From Callorhinchus milii (Eukaryota), in the NCBI RefSeq assembly GCF_018977255.1, contig NW_024704812.1:62001-126000 (forward strand): a stretch of 64,000 nucleotides of DNA, in the 5' to 3' direction. This document shows, in pieces, positions 1 to 11,836 of the stretch. The stretch's first letter is position 1. The number at the start of each line of letters is the position of its first letter. The position numbers were made by a program, and so were the translations under genes. The notes under the pieces are model-generated. The model was not told the origin of the DNA and made no database searches. It saw only the letters and a list, made by a program, of their open reading frames with translations.

Positions 1-126
1 GAGATGTCTGGACGATGTGCTACAGCTCTGTATCGAGTGCGAGGATCATTCTAATTATCAACAATAATAATATTAAGTGTATATCATTATTAATAATAAT
101 AATAATATTATTAAGTGTGAACTCAC

Positions 127-453
127 TGTGAACACATAGGATTATATCCTCTGAATACTGGGATCGGGAGTCTAAATCCGTTACTGCTACGGAGTAGGAA
201 CCAGAGTCAGTCGGGGTGACTCGATCGAGGCGGAGAGTGGCGTTGTTGGTATACAGTTTAGTACGGCCTTTGTACGTTGAGAAATACTGTACAGTCGACC
301 CCAGCCCAGCAGCGATTAATTTCCCGGCGTTAACTGTCCAGGTGGTGATAAAACTTCCCGGAATGACAGGATCGACCAGGAAATAAACTGATTTGTCAGG
401 CAATGTACTGATCGGATTCTTGGGAACAGTCAGGTTCACAGCACATGCTTTCG
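127..453 (-). CDS. g1 IgV exon (Cys-less N-type domain, about 50% identical to the g5 V by hand alignment)
   Basis: ORF 20..439. SVYFLV (B strand), W (C strand), YKGR..LY, NATLRL, DSGSYSV with no canonical B/F cysteines. Confidence 0.88.
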
Positions 454-1922
454 CTGTAATGCAATAACAATAATAATCATATTAATATTAATCATCGAAA
501 CAATCACAAAACCCACACACACTCGCCTGTGTTTACCAGTGGTATGTAGGCACCCGGTTGTCGGTCGATTGGCGGATCCGCGAGTAATAATCCCTTCAAA
601 AACATAAAATAATAATACATTACACCCTCAACCCCCACTGTTTGTGGGGACGTCGCTGGGCGCGTTTGGCCCACAAAACACACAGTCGCTACACTTTACA
701 GCGTATCCTGTGAAGCGTTTTGAGACTTCTCGACAACGTGAGCAGGCGATCCCTCAAATGCAAGGATTATTGTTATTATTATCATTATAACAGGATGACA
801 GAGAAAGACCCACAAAACACAGAGACGGACACAGACAGACAGACAAAGACACACAGGTTCCCAGGTTCCTACTTACTTCTGATAAACAGAGGCGTGTGGG
901 TACGTGTGAAGTAAGGAAACTTGCCCAACGTTTCCCCCAGAGGGGAAGCGAACCCAGATCTCTCACTTACAAGGTGAGCGCTCTTACCACTGAACTACAG
1001 AACTGCACAATTCAGAAAATGTCATTTGTTTAAGATGAAAGATAGATTTAGATAGATTTCTGCTAGAAAATAATAGCTTGGGATACAGTAGATAGACCCA
1101 CAGATACACACAGAAAGACATAGAGAGAGAGGAGACAGACACATACACACACACCGAGACAGAGACACACACACAGAGGCAGAGAGAGGTACCATTTGTG
1201 TAGCGACTTTCACGTCGGGAGGATATCTCATAGATAGACACACTCACAGACACAGAGAGTCACTCACACACATAGAGAGACACACACAGGCACATCCACA
1301 AACACACAGAGAAGGAGACACAGACACACAACAACGCACAGACACTCACAAACAGAGAGATACACAAACAGACACTCACAAACAGAGAGATACACAGACA
1401 AACAGAGACACACATAGACACTCACAAATGCATATAGAGAGACACACACACACACTCATACACACGCGGACACAGAGACACACACACACTCACAAACTGA
1501 GAGAGACACACACACTCACAAACAGAGACACAGACACACACACTGAGAGACAGAAACACAGACACACACAGAGAGCGACACATACACAGAGACACACAGA
1601 GAGACACATACAGAAAGACAGAGATACACGCGGATAGATAGAGAAACATACCGAGAGACAGACACCCCCCAGATAATCACACACACACAGACAGAGACAC
1701 ACACTGTGAGACAGACACACACATCCAGACAGAGATATATATATACACACACAGTGGGAGACACACACAGTATATAGTTTGGGACATGTCGAACGACTGC
1801 CAGGACGGTGGGAGATGAACGAGATGGACCTTTGCTTATGTTGTTACCAGTAACTCACCCAAATTAGTGACCAGAATGAGCAGAGCAGCCACCAACATCC
1901 TCGCGGCTGGAAACCACCACAT
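127..1922 (-). CDS. g1: CEACAM-like IgSF receptor, 5' part only (leader + divergent IgV); continues beyond the left edge
   Basis: Leader exon 1922-1859 (ATG, 64 nt, ends G|gtgagt). IgV exon 453-127 (tacag| acceptor, A|gtgagt donor, 327 nt, phase 1-1, open): AKACAVNLTVPKNP...[20 protein letters not shown]...LCVH. Confidence 0.85.
1105..1780 (+). repeat. (CA/GA)n compound microsatellite in intron 1; homologues at 34285-34960 and 62605-63280, related arrays at 16990-18170, 19860-20110, 46220-46830
   Basis: acacacagagagacac-type arrays; source of the many CV-rich spurious ORFs. Confidence 0.95.
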
Positions 1923-2199
1923 ATACACGTTAGGGAGAGAGACAGAGACAAACTGAATATGGGCTGTCACCTGAACACAGGGCAGAGTCTGCTGTTAATC
2001 ATTACTGTTACTGTAGAGAGACCCTGACACTGGCTCTAATGGCACCCGGTGCACTTTCACTGAGTCAGGAATTACAATAATACAAATTATAATACAAATT
2101 ATATGTATATTTACACGTCGGGAGGATGTCCCAAAGCGCTTAACAATATTGTATTGGCTGAGTATGTGAGTTGGAGGTGGGAGCCAAGTGGAGGAGATT

Positions 2200-2642
2200 G
2201 GGAATAATAATAATAATGATAGTAATGATAACAATAATAATGCTGATAATAATAATCCTTTTGTTTGATACAGCGCCTTATCACGTCCTCGAGACATCTC
2301 GAAGCATTTCACAGAATATACTGTATATTTTGTGGGCAAAACACCGGCAGCCAATTGCGCACAGCAGCGTCCCACAAACAGTTGTGGATTGAGTGACCAA
2401 ATTATTATTATCATTTTTTTGAGGGGATGATTACCCCCGGAAAAGCGATCCGCCAATCGACTAATGACCGGGTTCCTACTGACTGCTGGTAAACAGGGAC
2501 GTGAGTAAAAAGTGTGTGTGTGGAATAAGGAAACTTGCTTAAGGTTTTGCACTGACACACCTGGGAATCGAACCCAGATCTGTTCGCTTGCGAGGCGAGC
2601 GCTCTAACCCCTGAGCTACAGGGACTCCACAAGATACTCACT
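2200..2642 (-). mobile_element. tRNA-derived SINE with L2-like 3' tail and (ATT)n end; dozens of full or partial copies across the window
   Basis: Head TGTAGCTCAG..GTTAGAGC..GGTTCGATTCCC (A/B-box-like); body ..GCTGTGCGCAATTGGCTGCC..; tail ..AGGCGCTGTATCAAATGCAAGGATTATT. Other copies e.g. 19385-19700, 20660-21065, 44447-44750, 49560-49940. Confidence 0.8.
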
Positions 2643-3719
2643 GAGACACAAGTTTAGTGTGTGTTTTGTGATGTGTTCAGTGTGTGTTTAGGGATGTGTT
2701 CAGGGTCATGTTTCGTTACCCCATCACCCCCATCTTCCCCCGGCTCCACTGGCTCCCCATCACTGAGAGGGTACAGTTCAAGCTCCTGGTCCTCACCTTT
2801 AAAGCCCTCCATGGTCTCACTCCTCTTGTGTGGGCGAAACAAATAAAAGTTAATATAATAAGTTGTTATATTAGCTAACAGCTGAGCTACAGGACTCTGA
2901 TGATAAATGATAAAACCCCTCACAGGTAAACCACTCGGAGCTCAGTGAGCTGTGAGTTAGGGATGTCTGGAGTTAATCGCTGTACAGCTGAAAGGTTTCA
3001 GCTGGTTTGAAGCGGTGATTTCATGTGGAAGTGAAACCCATTACAAGATTTGCTCACTCATAAAGCTGGCTCGTGGCCTCAGATTCCTGCACCTTGCCTG
3101 CAGCGGGCTGGGAATAATAATAATAATTATAGTAATAATTCTTGCCAAAAAAAATTGGTCACTTCAATCCACGACTGTTTGTGGGGACGTCGTTGTGCGC
3201 AATCGGCTGCCGAGTTTCGCCGACAAAATACGGTCAATTCACAGCGCCCTTCATGGTGTCCCGGAGCGCTTGACAGTGGCGGAGTCTGACCCCGATCCAG
3301 GGGGAGAGGGAGGGGAGTGGTGACCGGAAGCGCAATCAAAAGGAAGGTGTTTAGGCGGGAGGTGAAAGTGCGGAGGGAGGGAGGTGGCGAGGTGGAGGGA
3401 TTGAGGATGAGAGTGACGGAGTTTCGGGGGGAGTAGTGGCTGAAGACACGGCCGGCGATGGTGAAGCGGAGGGGACGAGGGATGAACTGGAGGCCGGAGC
3501 CGGCCGAGCGGAGGCAGCGAGTGGTGGAGTGGGGAGGTCGGAGAGGTAGGGAGGTGTCAGAGCACCTGAAAGCGAGTGAGAGGATCTTGAAGTCGATCCG
3601 TTCAGTAATTCAGAGCAGATTCAGAGTTACCAAACACACAGTCACTACACTTTACAGCGTGTCCTGTGAAGTGCTTTAGATGGCTCGAAGATGTGATAAG
3701 ACGCCGAGTCAAACGCCAG

Positions 3720-4060
3720 GATTATTATTGTTATTATATCAAATGAAAGAATTACATGAAGTGAAGAATTATTATATTAAAAGTAAGAATTATTATTATT
3801 AAATCAAATGCAAGAATTATTAATACTATTATTATATTAATTGGAAGAATTATTATTATATCAAATGCAAGAATTATTATTACAATTATATTAATTGGAA
3901 GAATTATCATTATAATTATATCAAATTCAAGGATTATTATTACTACTATTATATTAATTGGAAGAATTATTATTATTAAATCAAATGCAAAGAATATTAT
4001 TCTATTAATTGGATTAATTTTATTATTATTGTTATATTAAATGCAGGAATTATTGTTATA
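3720..4060. repeat. AT-rich degenerate tandem repeat (gaagaattattatt... units)
   Basis: Repeated aagaattattattatattaa / tcaaatgcaag units, apparently amplified from a SINE tail. Confidence 0.75.
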
Positions 4061-4260
4061 CTGAGGCACGTGATGGGGGAACCACGTGACGTTATGGGGG
4101 AGCACGTGACGGAGGGGAGCACGTGATGGGGACTACGTGACGTCATGGGGAGCACGCGGCGGAGGGGAGCACGTGATGGGGGACAACGTGACGTCATGGG
4201 GGCACGTGACGTCGTCGAAAGCACGTGACGGCGCCGCTCGCGCGGGGGAACGTGCGAAAA
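4061..4260. repeat. CpG-rich degenerate minisatellite of CACGTG/TGACGTCA motifs
   Basis: Seven CACGTG (4067, 4083, 4103, 4120, 4170, 4203, 4222) and two TGACGTCA (4138, 4189). Confidence 0.8.
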
Positions 4261-4349
4261 GCGACGGTTGGAAAAGGCGGGAGTCGGGGCACGGGGTCTC
4301 CCGAGCCGCTCAGCAGGGGCGGACCAGAGAGACGATGGGCTGAGGAGAT

Positions 4350-5810
4350 GCGCTGGAGAGGGGGAAGGAGAAAAAGAGAGGGGGAGAGAGAGAGAGAAGA
4401 TACAGAGAGGGAGGGAGGGATTAGAGAGAGAGAGAGGGAGAAAATACAGAGAAAGAGAGTAAGAGAGAAAGAATAGATGGAGAAAAAAAGTTACAGGAAA
4501 GAGAGAAAATGAGAAAGAGGGAGAAAAAAGAGAGAGAAAAGGGAAAGTGAAAGTGGAAAGAGAGAGGGAAAGAGAAAGGGGAGGAAAGAGAAAAAGAAAA
4601 GAGAGGGAGAGAGAGAGGGAGAAAACACAGAGAGAAAATGAGAGAGAAAAATAACGGTCAAAAAGTGACGGTTGGAAAAGGCGGGAGTCGGGGCACGGGG
4701 TCTCCCGAGCCGCTCAGCAGGGGCGGACCAGAGAGGCGATGCGCTGAGGAGAGGAGGAAGGAGAAAAAGAGAGGGGGAGAGAGAGAAAAAATAGAGAGGG
4801 GGAGAGAAAGANNNNNNNNNNNNNNNNNNNNNNNNNNNNNNNNNNNNNNNNNNNNNNNNNNNNNNNNNNNNNNNNNNNNNNNNNNNNNNNNNNNNNNNNN
4901 NNNNNNNNNNNNNNNNNNNNNNNNNNNNNNNNNNNNNNNNNNNNNNNNNNNNNNNAGAGAGAAAAGAGAGGGGAGAGAGAGAAAAGAGAGAGAGGGGAGA
5001 GAGAAAAGAGAAAGGGGGAGAGAGAGAAAAGAGAAAGAGGGGGAGAGAGAAAAGAGAGAGGGGGAGAGAGAGAAAAGAGAGAGGGGGAGAGAGAGAAAAG
5101 AAAGAGAGAAGGGGAGAGAGAGAGAAGGGGGGAGAGAGAGAAAACAGAAAGAAGGGGAGAGAGAAAAGAGAGAGGGGGAGAAAGAGAAAAAGAGAGAGAA
5201 GGGGAGAGAGAGAAAAGAGAGAGAGAGAGGGGGGAGAGAAAAGAGAGAGGGGAGAAAGAGAAAAGAGAGGGAGAAAGAGAAAAGAGAAAGCGAGAGAAAG
5301 AAAAGGGGAGAAGAGAGAAAAGAGAGGGAGAGATGAAATTAGAAAGAAAGGAGAGAGGGGGAGAGAAAACACAGAGAAAAAGAGAGGAAGAAGAGGAAAT
5401 TAGAGAAAAGAGAGAGTGAGGGAGAACATACAGAGAAAAAGAGAGAGAAAAGAAGTGGGAGAGATGAAATTAGAGATAAAAAGAGTGAGAGAGAAAACAC
5501 AAAAAAAGAGAGCGAAAGAAAAAGAGATAGAAAGAGAATAAGAAAGGTGGAGAAAAAAGAGAAAGTGAGTGAGAAAGATGGAGAGAAAGGGAAAAGACGG
5601 AGAAAATACGGAGAGATAGAGAGAGAATGAAAAGAAAAAAGACCAAGAAAAAGAGAGAGAGAAAGTGAGCGAGAAAGAGGGAGAGAAAAGATAGAGAAAA
5701 ACAAAAAGAAATGAGAACTAAAGAGAGAGAAACATGGAGGAAAAAAGAGAATGAGAGAGAGAAAAGAAAAGAAGTAAAGACAGTGAGAGAGTGAAAGAGA
5801 AAGACAGAGC
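4350..5810 (+). repeat. Purine-rich (GA) low-complexity tract spanning an N gap
   Basis: Almost exclusively G/A; N gap at 4812-4955. Confidence 0.95.
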
Positions 5811-6084
5811 GGTTCCAATGTACTCGGTACAATTTGTCCTTCGGAGCCCAAGTCACGGAGCCCCGACCAACGGTCACATCAGCCTCTTAGGTATCATACG
5901 CACCTGAAACCGCGGGATGTCACAGCTTAGATAGTGTTTGCTTTAGGGAATAACATGGGATAGAGACAGTGCGCAGGTCGTTCGGGACATGTGTGAGCGA
6001 CCCCCAGGAAGGTGGGAGGTGAACGAGATGGACCTCAGTCTTTTTATCGCCCAACGTTTCTTAGGTTGTGTACATCGCCAGAAC

Positions 6085-6660
6085 TTCATCAAAGAAATAT
6101 ACAGCACAGAAGGAGGCCATTCGGCCCATCGTGTCCTTGTTAGCTCTTTGAAAAGTGCTTCCAAATCAACCCCACTCCCCCGCGCTCTCCCCATAGCCCT
6201 GATCAACCCCACTCCCCCATTCTCTCCCCATAGCCCTGATCAACCCCACTCCCCCTCTCTATAGCTCTGCAACCATGTCCTCATGAATTAATTATCTTCT
6301 CTCTTGAAAGTTGTGATCGAATTGGCTTCCACCAGCCTTTCAGGCAATGCATTTCAGATCGCAGCAACTCTCTGTGTGAAGACATTTCTCCTCACCTCCA
6401 CTGTTTCTTTAACAACTATTTTAAATCAGTGTCCTCATGTTACCGACCCGCCCGCCAGTGAGAATAGTTTCTCCTTGTTCACTCTATCGAATCCCCTCAT
6501 CATTTTAAAAACTTCATTGAAGTCTCATCTTAACCTTCTCTGCTCCGAGGACAATAATCCTCGCTCCTGTAGCCTCCACTGATACCTGAAATCCCTCATT
6601 CCTGGTACCATTCTGGTAAATCTCCTTTTCACCCTCTCCAATGCCATGACATCCTTCCTG
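6085..6660 (-). mobile_element. CR1-type LINE 3' fragment
   Basis: Reverse complement resembles the CR1 3' ends at 21855-22290 and 36735-37160. Confidence 0.65.
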
Positions 6661-7665
6661 GATGAGAGACAACTTTCTTCAGCTCAACGGGGGTAAAACT
6701 AAGGCCCTACTGATTGGCTCAAATCAGCGCCTCCTCACCTCAGGCGCTGACAGCATCAGCGTCCAAGGCCGCACTCTCCACCTCTCAAAGCCATCAGGAA
6801 CCTCGGGGTTCCCTTCGACCCTGAGCTGTCCTTTCTCCCTCATATCCGCACCACAACTGGCACCGCCTTCCATCAGCTCCAGAACATCGCCAGACTACGG
6901 CACTACCTCACCCCTCACGCGGCTGAAACTCTGGTCCACATCTTTATCACCTCAAGGCCGGACTATGGGAACTCTCTCCTCTCCGGCCTTCCCGGCCCTC
7001 CCTCCACACTGCAGGTCATTCAGAACTCTGCAGCTCGTGTGCTGTCCCGTACCAGGCCTCGCGCCCACATCACTCCCACCCTCTCCCTCACCCTCCCCCT
7101 CACCTTCGCCCTCACCCTCGCCCTCACTCCCACCCTCGCCCTCACCCTCGCTCGCCTCCACAGGGCTCCCCATCCCCAGAGGATCGAATTCAAGATCCTC
7201 ATCTTCACCTACAAGGCCATTCACGGCCTCGCTCCCTCCTACCTCTCCGACCTCCTATCCCCCCATGTACCTGCCCGTACCCTCCATTCCTCTGGCTCCG
7301 GTCTGCTCCACATCCCCCGCCCCAACCGCCCTACCATCGGTGGCCTTCAGCCTCTCAGCCCCGAGGCTCTGGAACTCCATCCCCAGTGCCTTCGCCGCTT
7401 CCTCCCTTTCCTCCTTCAAGGCCGGTCTCAAGGCCTTTCTCTTTGACCGTACCTTCAGCTCCACTCTCGACTCTCTACCCCCTCCTCGCTCCCTCCCTTC
7501 CCTCCCCTCACCCTGACCATTTCGCCCCTTTTCGGTCCCTCCCTTCCCTCCCCTCACCCCGACCATTTCCCCCCAATGCTCAGATCCTGACCAACTGTAC
7601 AGTGCCTTGGGACATCCTCCGAACTTGACAGGCGCTCTATAAATGGAATCTTGTTGTTGTTGTTG
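6661..7665 (+). mobile_element. L2-type LINE 3' portion (RT C-terminus) with (TTG)n tail
   Basis: Fragments NFLQLNGGKTKALLIG, LQVIQNSAARVL, RIEFKILIFTYKAIHGLAPSYLSDLL; internal 12-bp expansion at 7070-7150. Confidence 0.85.
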
Positions 7666-7704
7666 TAAAATGTGGGGCCCAGAACTGAACACAGTCTCTA
7701 ACTG

Positions 7705-8488
7705 AGGCCCTCCCGATTGGCTCTCGCCAGTGCTCTGCACCTCAGGCTCTGGCAGCATCAACCTCCGTGGTTGTACACTTCAACTCACCGATGCACCAGC
7801 CAGTCAGGAACCTCGGTGTCTTGTTTGACCCTCAACTGTCTGTTCTTCCCCACATCCAAGCCATGACTCGCTCTGCCTTTCCTCAGCTCTGTAACATCGC
7901 CCGACTCCGCCACCCCCTCACCCCTCAGGCCGCTGAAATTCTTGCCTTCATCACCTCCAGGCTCGACTATGCAAACGCCCGGCTTGTCGGCCTTCCCAAC
8001 TCCTCCCTCCACAGGCTGCAGATCATCCAGAACTCTACAGCCCGTGTCCTCTCCCGCACCAAACTCCATGACCCCCATCTGTCCCATTCTCTCCCGACTC
8101 CATTGACTCCCTGATCAGAGGATCCAGTTCAAGATCCTGGTCCTCACCTACAAAGCCATCATTAGTCTCGCCCAACCCTATCTCTGTGACCTCCTAACCC
8201 CCTACCAACCCGCCCACTCTCTCCGCTCAGCCGGCTCCGGCTGCTCCATCTCCCCCGCCCCACCATTGGTGGGAGAGGCTTCAGCCACTCTGCCCCCAAC
8301 CTCTAGTATTCCAATCACTCCAATCACTCCGCCTCGCCACCTCCTTAGCCTCCTTCAAGTCCCTCCTCAAAACCCTCCTCTTCGACTATGACCCTTCCCC
8401 TCCCCTCTCCTCTCTGACCCCAGCTTTGGTCTGTAATGCTGTGTACTGTCCAGCGCCTTGGGATTTCCTCCCAACATGAAAGGCGCTA
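7705..8488 (+). mobile_element. L2-type LINE 3' portion
   Basis: ORF 7767..8114: VRNLGVLFDPQL...SRLDYANARLVGLP...LQIIQNSTARVL. Confidence 0.85.
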
Positions 8489-9360
8489 AGTCACAAAATC
8501 TCCCTCCTTCCCACAGTTGGCCTGGGAACAATATGTCACATATCACTTGCCCACTCACATTAACTGTGCGTCAATCAGGGCCATCTGAAAGGAAAAACAT
8601 TAAACTGTGACATAGATAGATAAATGGATGGCAGATTAGAGCATGAGAGAAACAGTCTTTTTACAAGTAGCACAGGCTTCTGACTGTTTGTGGGTCCCTC
8701 CTGTGCGCAATCGGCTGCCGCGTTTCACCCATAAAATATACAGTCAATTCACTTTACAGTATATTCTGTGAAGTGATTTGAGACGTTCTTTTTGGAGGGG
8801 TTAATACTTCCCGGAAAGTGATCCGGCAATCGACTAACGGGTTCCTACTTACTTTTAGGTAAACAGAGGCGCGTGTGTGTGTGTGGGGGGGGGGGGGGGG
8901 AATTGGGGGGGGGGGAATTGGGGGCACGTGTGGGATTGGAATAAGATTTCGCCCTGACCCGCCCAGGAATCAAACACAAGTCCTCTCGCTTGATAAGGCG
9001 ATGTATCAAATGCAAGGATTATTGTGATGATGATCATGATTATGACCATTAGTTTTGTTATCATTATTTTTATTATTATTGTTCTGATTCTTATCCTTAT
9101 TTTTATTATTACAGCTCAGGTCACGTGAATTTAAGGTGATCTGTGGATCATGGAGTTCAAAGCGAGTCGGGGTTCCTGCTCCTGGTCCCTAACGCTCCCT
9201 CTAGTGCTCAGGTATGTGTGTTACAGTCTGGTGGAGAGAGATTAGGTTTGTCTGTGGGGCCCTCTACAGTCGAGTGGCCGATTGACACTCAAATGGTGAT
9301 GAGATCTTTAACCTGAACAGGCAGATAGTTTAACATCTCATCCAAACAACTGCTCTTCCA
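8489..9360 (-). pseudogene. Orphan relic: C1-C2 intron plus 5' third of a C2 exon, cut off by L2 sequence
   Basis: tttcag| at 8584 followed by [21 protein letters not shown]...; 9110-9360 matches the intronic block at 15535-15790, 28855-29090, 44185-44420 and 57225-57450. Confidence 0.75.
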
Positions 9361-11836
9361 ATGATAATACTAATAGTGGATTCCTGTAGTTCAGTGGTTA
9401 GAGCCTCGCAAGTGAGAGACTTGGGTTCAATTCCCAGCAGGGGGGACGTCGCTGTGCTCAATTGGCTTTACAGTCAATTCACTTTACAGTATATTCTGTG
9501 AAGCGTTTTAAGACATCAAGAAGATGTGAAAAGCACTGTATCAAATGCAAGAATCATTATATTTATAGGGCAAAACGTAATCATCAAAAAATAATAATCA
9601 TAAATTGGTCACTCAATCCACAACTATTTATGGGAAAACACTGTGTGCAATTGATTGCCATTTTATGGAAGTGTTATTACCTCCGGAAAGCGATCCACCA
9701 ACCAACTAACAAGGACACTTATCCAACATTTCGCCTAACTGGAAAGTGGATCCAGGTCCTCTTATTACCCCCAGAAAAGCGATCTGCCAATCGACTAACA
9801 ACTGGATTCCTACTTACTGCTGGTAAACAGAGGTGTGACTAAAAAGTGTGTGTGTGTGTGTGGTGTAAGGAAACTTGCTTAAGATTTTGCCCTGACCCGA
9901 CTGGGAATCGAACTCAGATCCTCTCGCTTGTGAGATGAGCACTCCAACCACTGAGCTACAGGGACTCCAACCACTGAGCTACAGGGACTCCACAAGATAC
10001 TCGCTGAGATACAAGTTTAGTGTGTGTTTTGTGATGTGTTCAGTGACTGTTTAGGGATGTGTTCAGGATCATGTTTTGGGACCCCATCACTCCCATCTTC
10101 GCCCGGCTCCACTGGCTCCCCATCACTGAGAGGGTACCGTTCAAGATCCTGGTCCTCACCTTCAAAGCCCTCCATGGCCTTGCTCCCCGTCTGCTCCCTC
10201 CGTTCAACGGGCTCCAGGCTGCTTCACATCCTCCACCCGGCCCACCCAGCACTGTTGTTCGGGCCGTCAGCCTCTCTGCCCCATTATCTGGAACTTCAAC
10301 CCACATTCCCTTTGCGGCTCAAAGCACTTGGCAGGATATACTGTAAAGTGTAGTGACTGTGTGTTTAGTGACTGTGTAGTCAGTGTGCACCCCGCCACAC
10401 TCCTAGCCTCTGACATTGAATTATTGCGATTAAACCAAAGGAATTTTATTAGCAGAAAAACATAACAAGATAGAAACAGAAACAGAAATTGCTGGGAACA
10501 CTCAGCAGGTCATGCAGCGTCTATGGAGAAAGGAAGTAGGTCAACATTTTGGGTCCTGTGTTTGGGGCCTTGGACAGTGGTATGGGAGGAGGGGAAAGGG
10601 CAGGTATTGCATCTCCTGCGCTGGCATGGGAAGGAGCCGGGGGGAGGAGAAGAACTGCTGGTGGTGATGGAGGAATGAACCAGGGAGTCACAGAGGGAAG
10701 GGTTCCTTCGGAATACTGAGGGGAAGGGAGGGGAAGATATGCTTAGGGGTTGGATCGTATGATTTCATGTGGAAGTAAAACCCATTGCAAGATTTGCTCA
10801 CTCATAAAACTGGCTCGTTGCCTCAGATTGCTGTACCTGGCCTGCAGCGGGCTAGGAATAGTAATAATAATGATAATAATAATTCTTGCAAAACAAATAA
10901 ATTGGTCACTTCAATCCACGACTGTTATTGGGACATCTCTGCGCTCATGCAATTGGCTGTTGCGTTCTACCCATAAAATATACAGTCACCGCACTTCACA
11001 GTATCTCCCTGTGAAGTGCTTTGAGACGTCTCGGAGACGTCATAAAGCGTTGTATCAAATAGAATAATCATTGCATTTGCGCACAGCGACGTCCCACAAA
11101 CAGTCTTGGATTAAGTGACCAATTATTATTATATTTCTTTCGCAAGGAATTATAACCCCCCAGAAAAGCGATCCATCTATCGACTAACAAGCGGGTTCCG
11201 ACTTACTGCTTGGTAAACAGAGGCGTCTGTGTGTGTGGAGTAATAAAACTTGCCTTCGTTTCACCTTGAATACTGAACTAGTGGTGAATAATGTTAACTT
11301 GTCAATGAGTCGATAAGTTAAGTCACAACAACAACAATTGGAATTTACACAGCACTCTTTACATGGGGAAGCATCTCGGAGTGGCGGAGCCTCATGCCAA
11401 GCCAGTGGGAGGGGAGAGAGGGAGGAAGTGACCATAAGCATGGTCAAAGAGGAAGGCCTTCAGTTGTGATCTAAAAGAGTGGGGAGGGGACGGCAGGAAA
11501 GTGGGGACAAGGCGGAAGGATTGGGGGAGAGAGCTCGAAAGTTTGAAAGTACGGACATCCACGATGGATTGGAGGGCACGAGGGACAAGCAGGAGGCCGC
11601 ATCCAGCTGAGTGGAGGCAGCATGTCATGGGTTGGGCGGTCAGCAGGTCGGAGAGAGAGGTAGGGGGTGCCAAGGCCTGAAAGGATTTGTAGATGATTGA
11701 TATTCGTACAAACGTATGGTCAATTCATTTTACAGCATATTCTGTGAAGCGCTTTGAGACGTCGAGAAGACGTATATCAAATGCAAGGATTATATTATTA
11801 AAGGATCTTGAAATCGATCTACGTTGTCACAGCTAT

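Noticed and set aside
984-1768. CV/CL-rich and HT-rich ORFs (also at 17-18, 20, 34-35, 46 and 62-63 kb)
   Set aside because: Translations of (CA/GA)n microsatellites; no splice or homology support.
4263-4736. Duplicated ~70-bp GC-box unit (4263-4331 and 4668-4736)
   Set aside because: Adjacent to an N gap in low-complexity DNA; could be an assembly overlap, so not interpreted.
4225-5877. Long RE-rich and SLF-rich ORFs
   Set aside because: Low-complexity purine tract crossing an N gap.
6662-8114. Intact reverse transcriptase gene
   Set aside because: Only 5'-truncated, frameshifted 3' fragments; no full ORF2.
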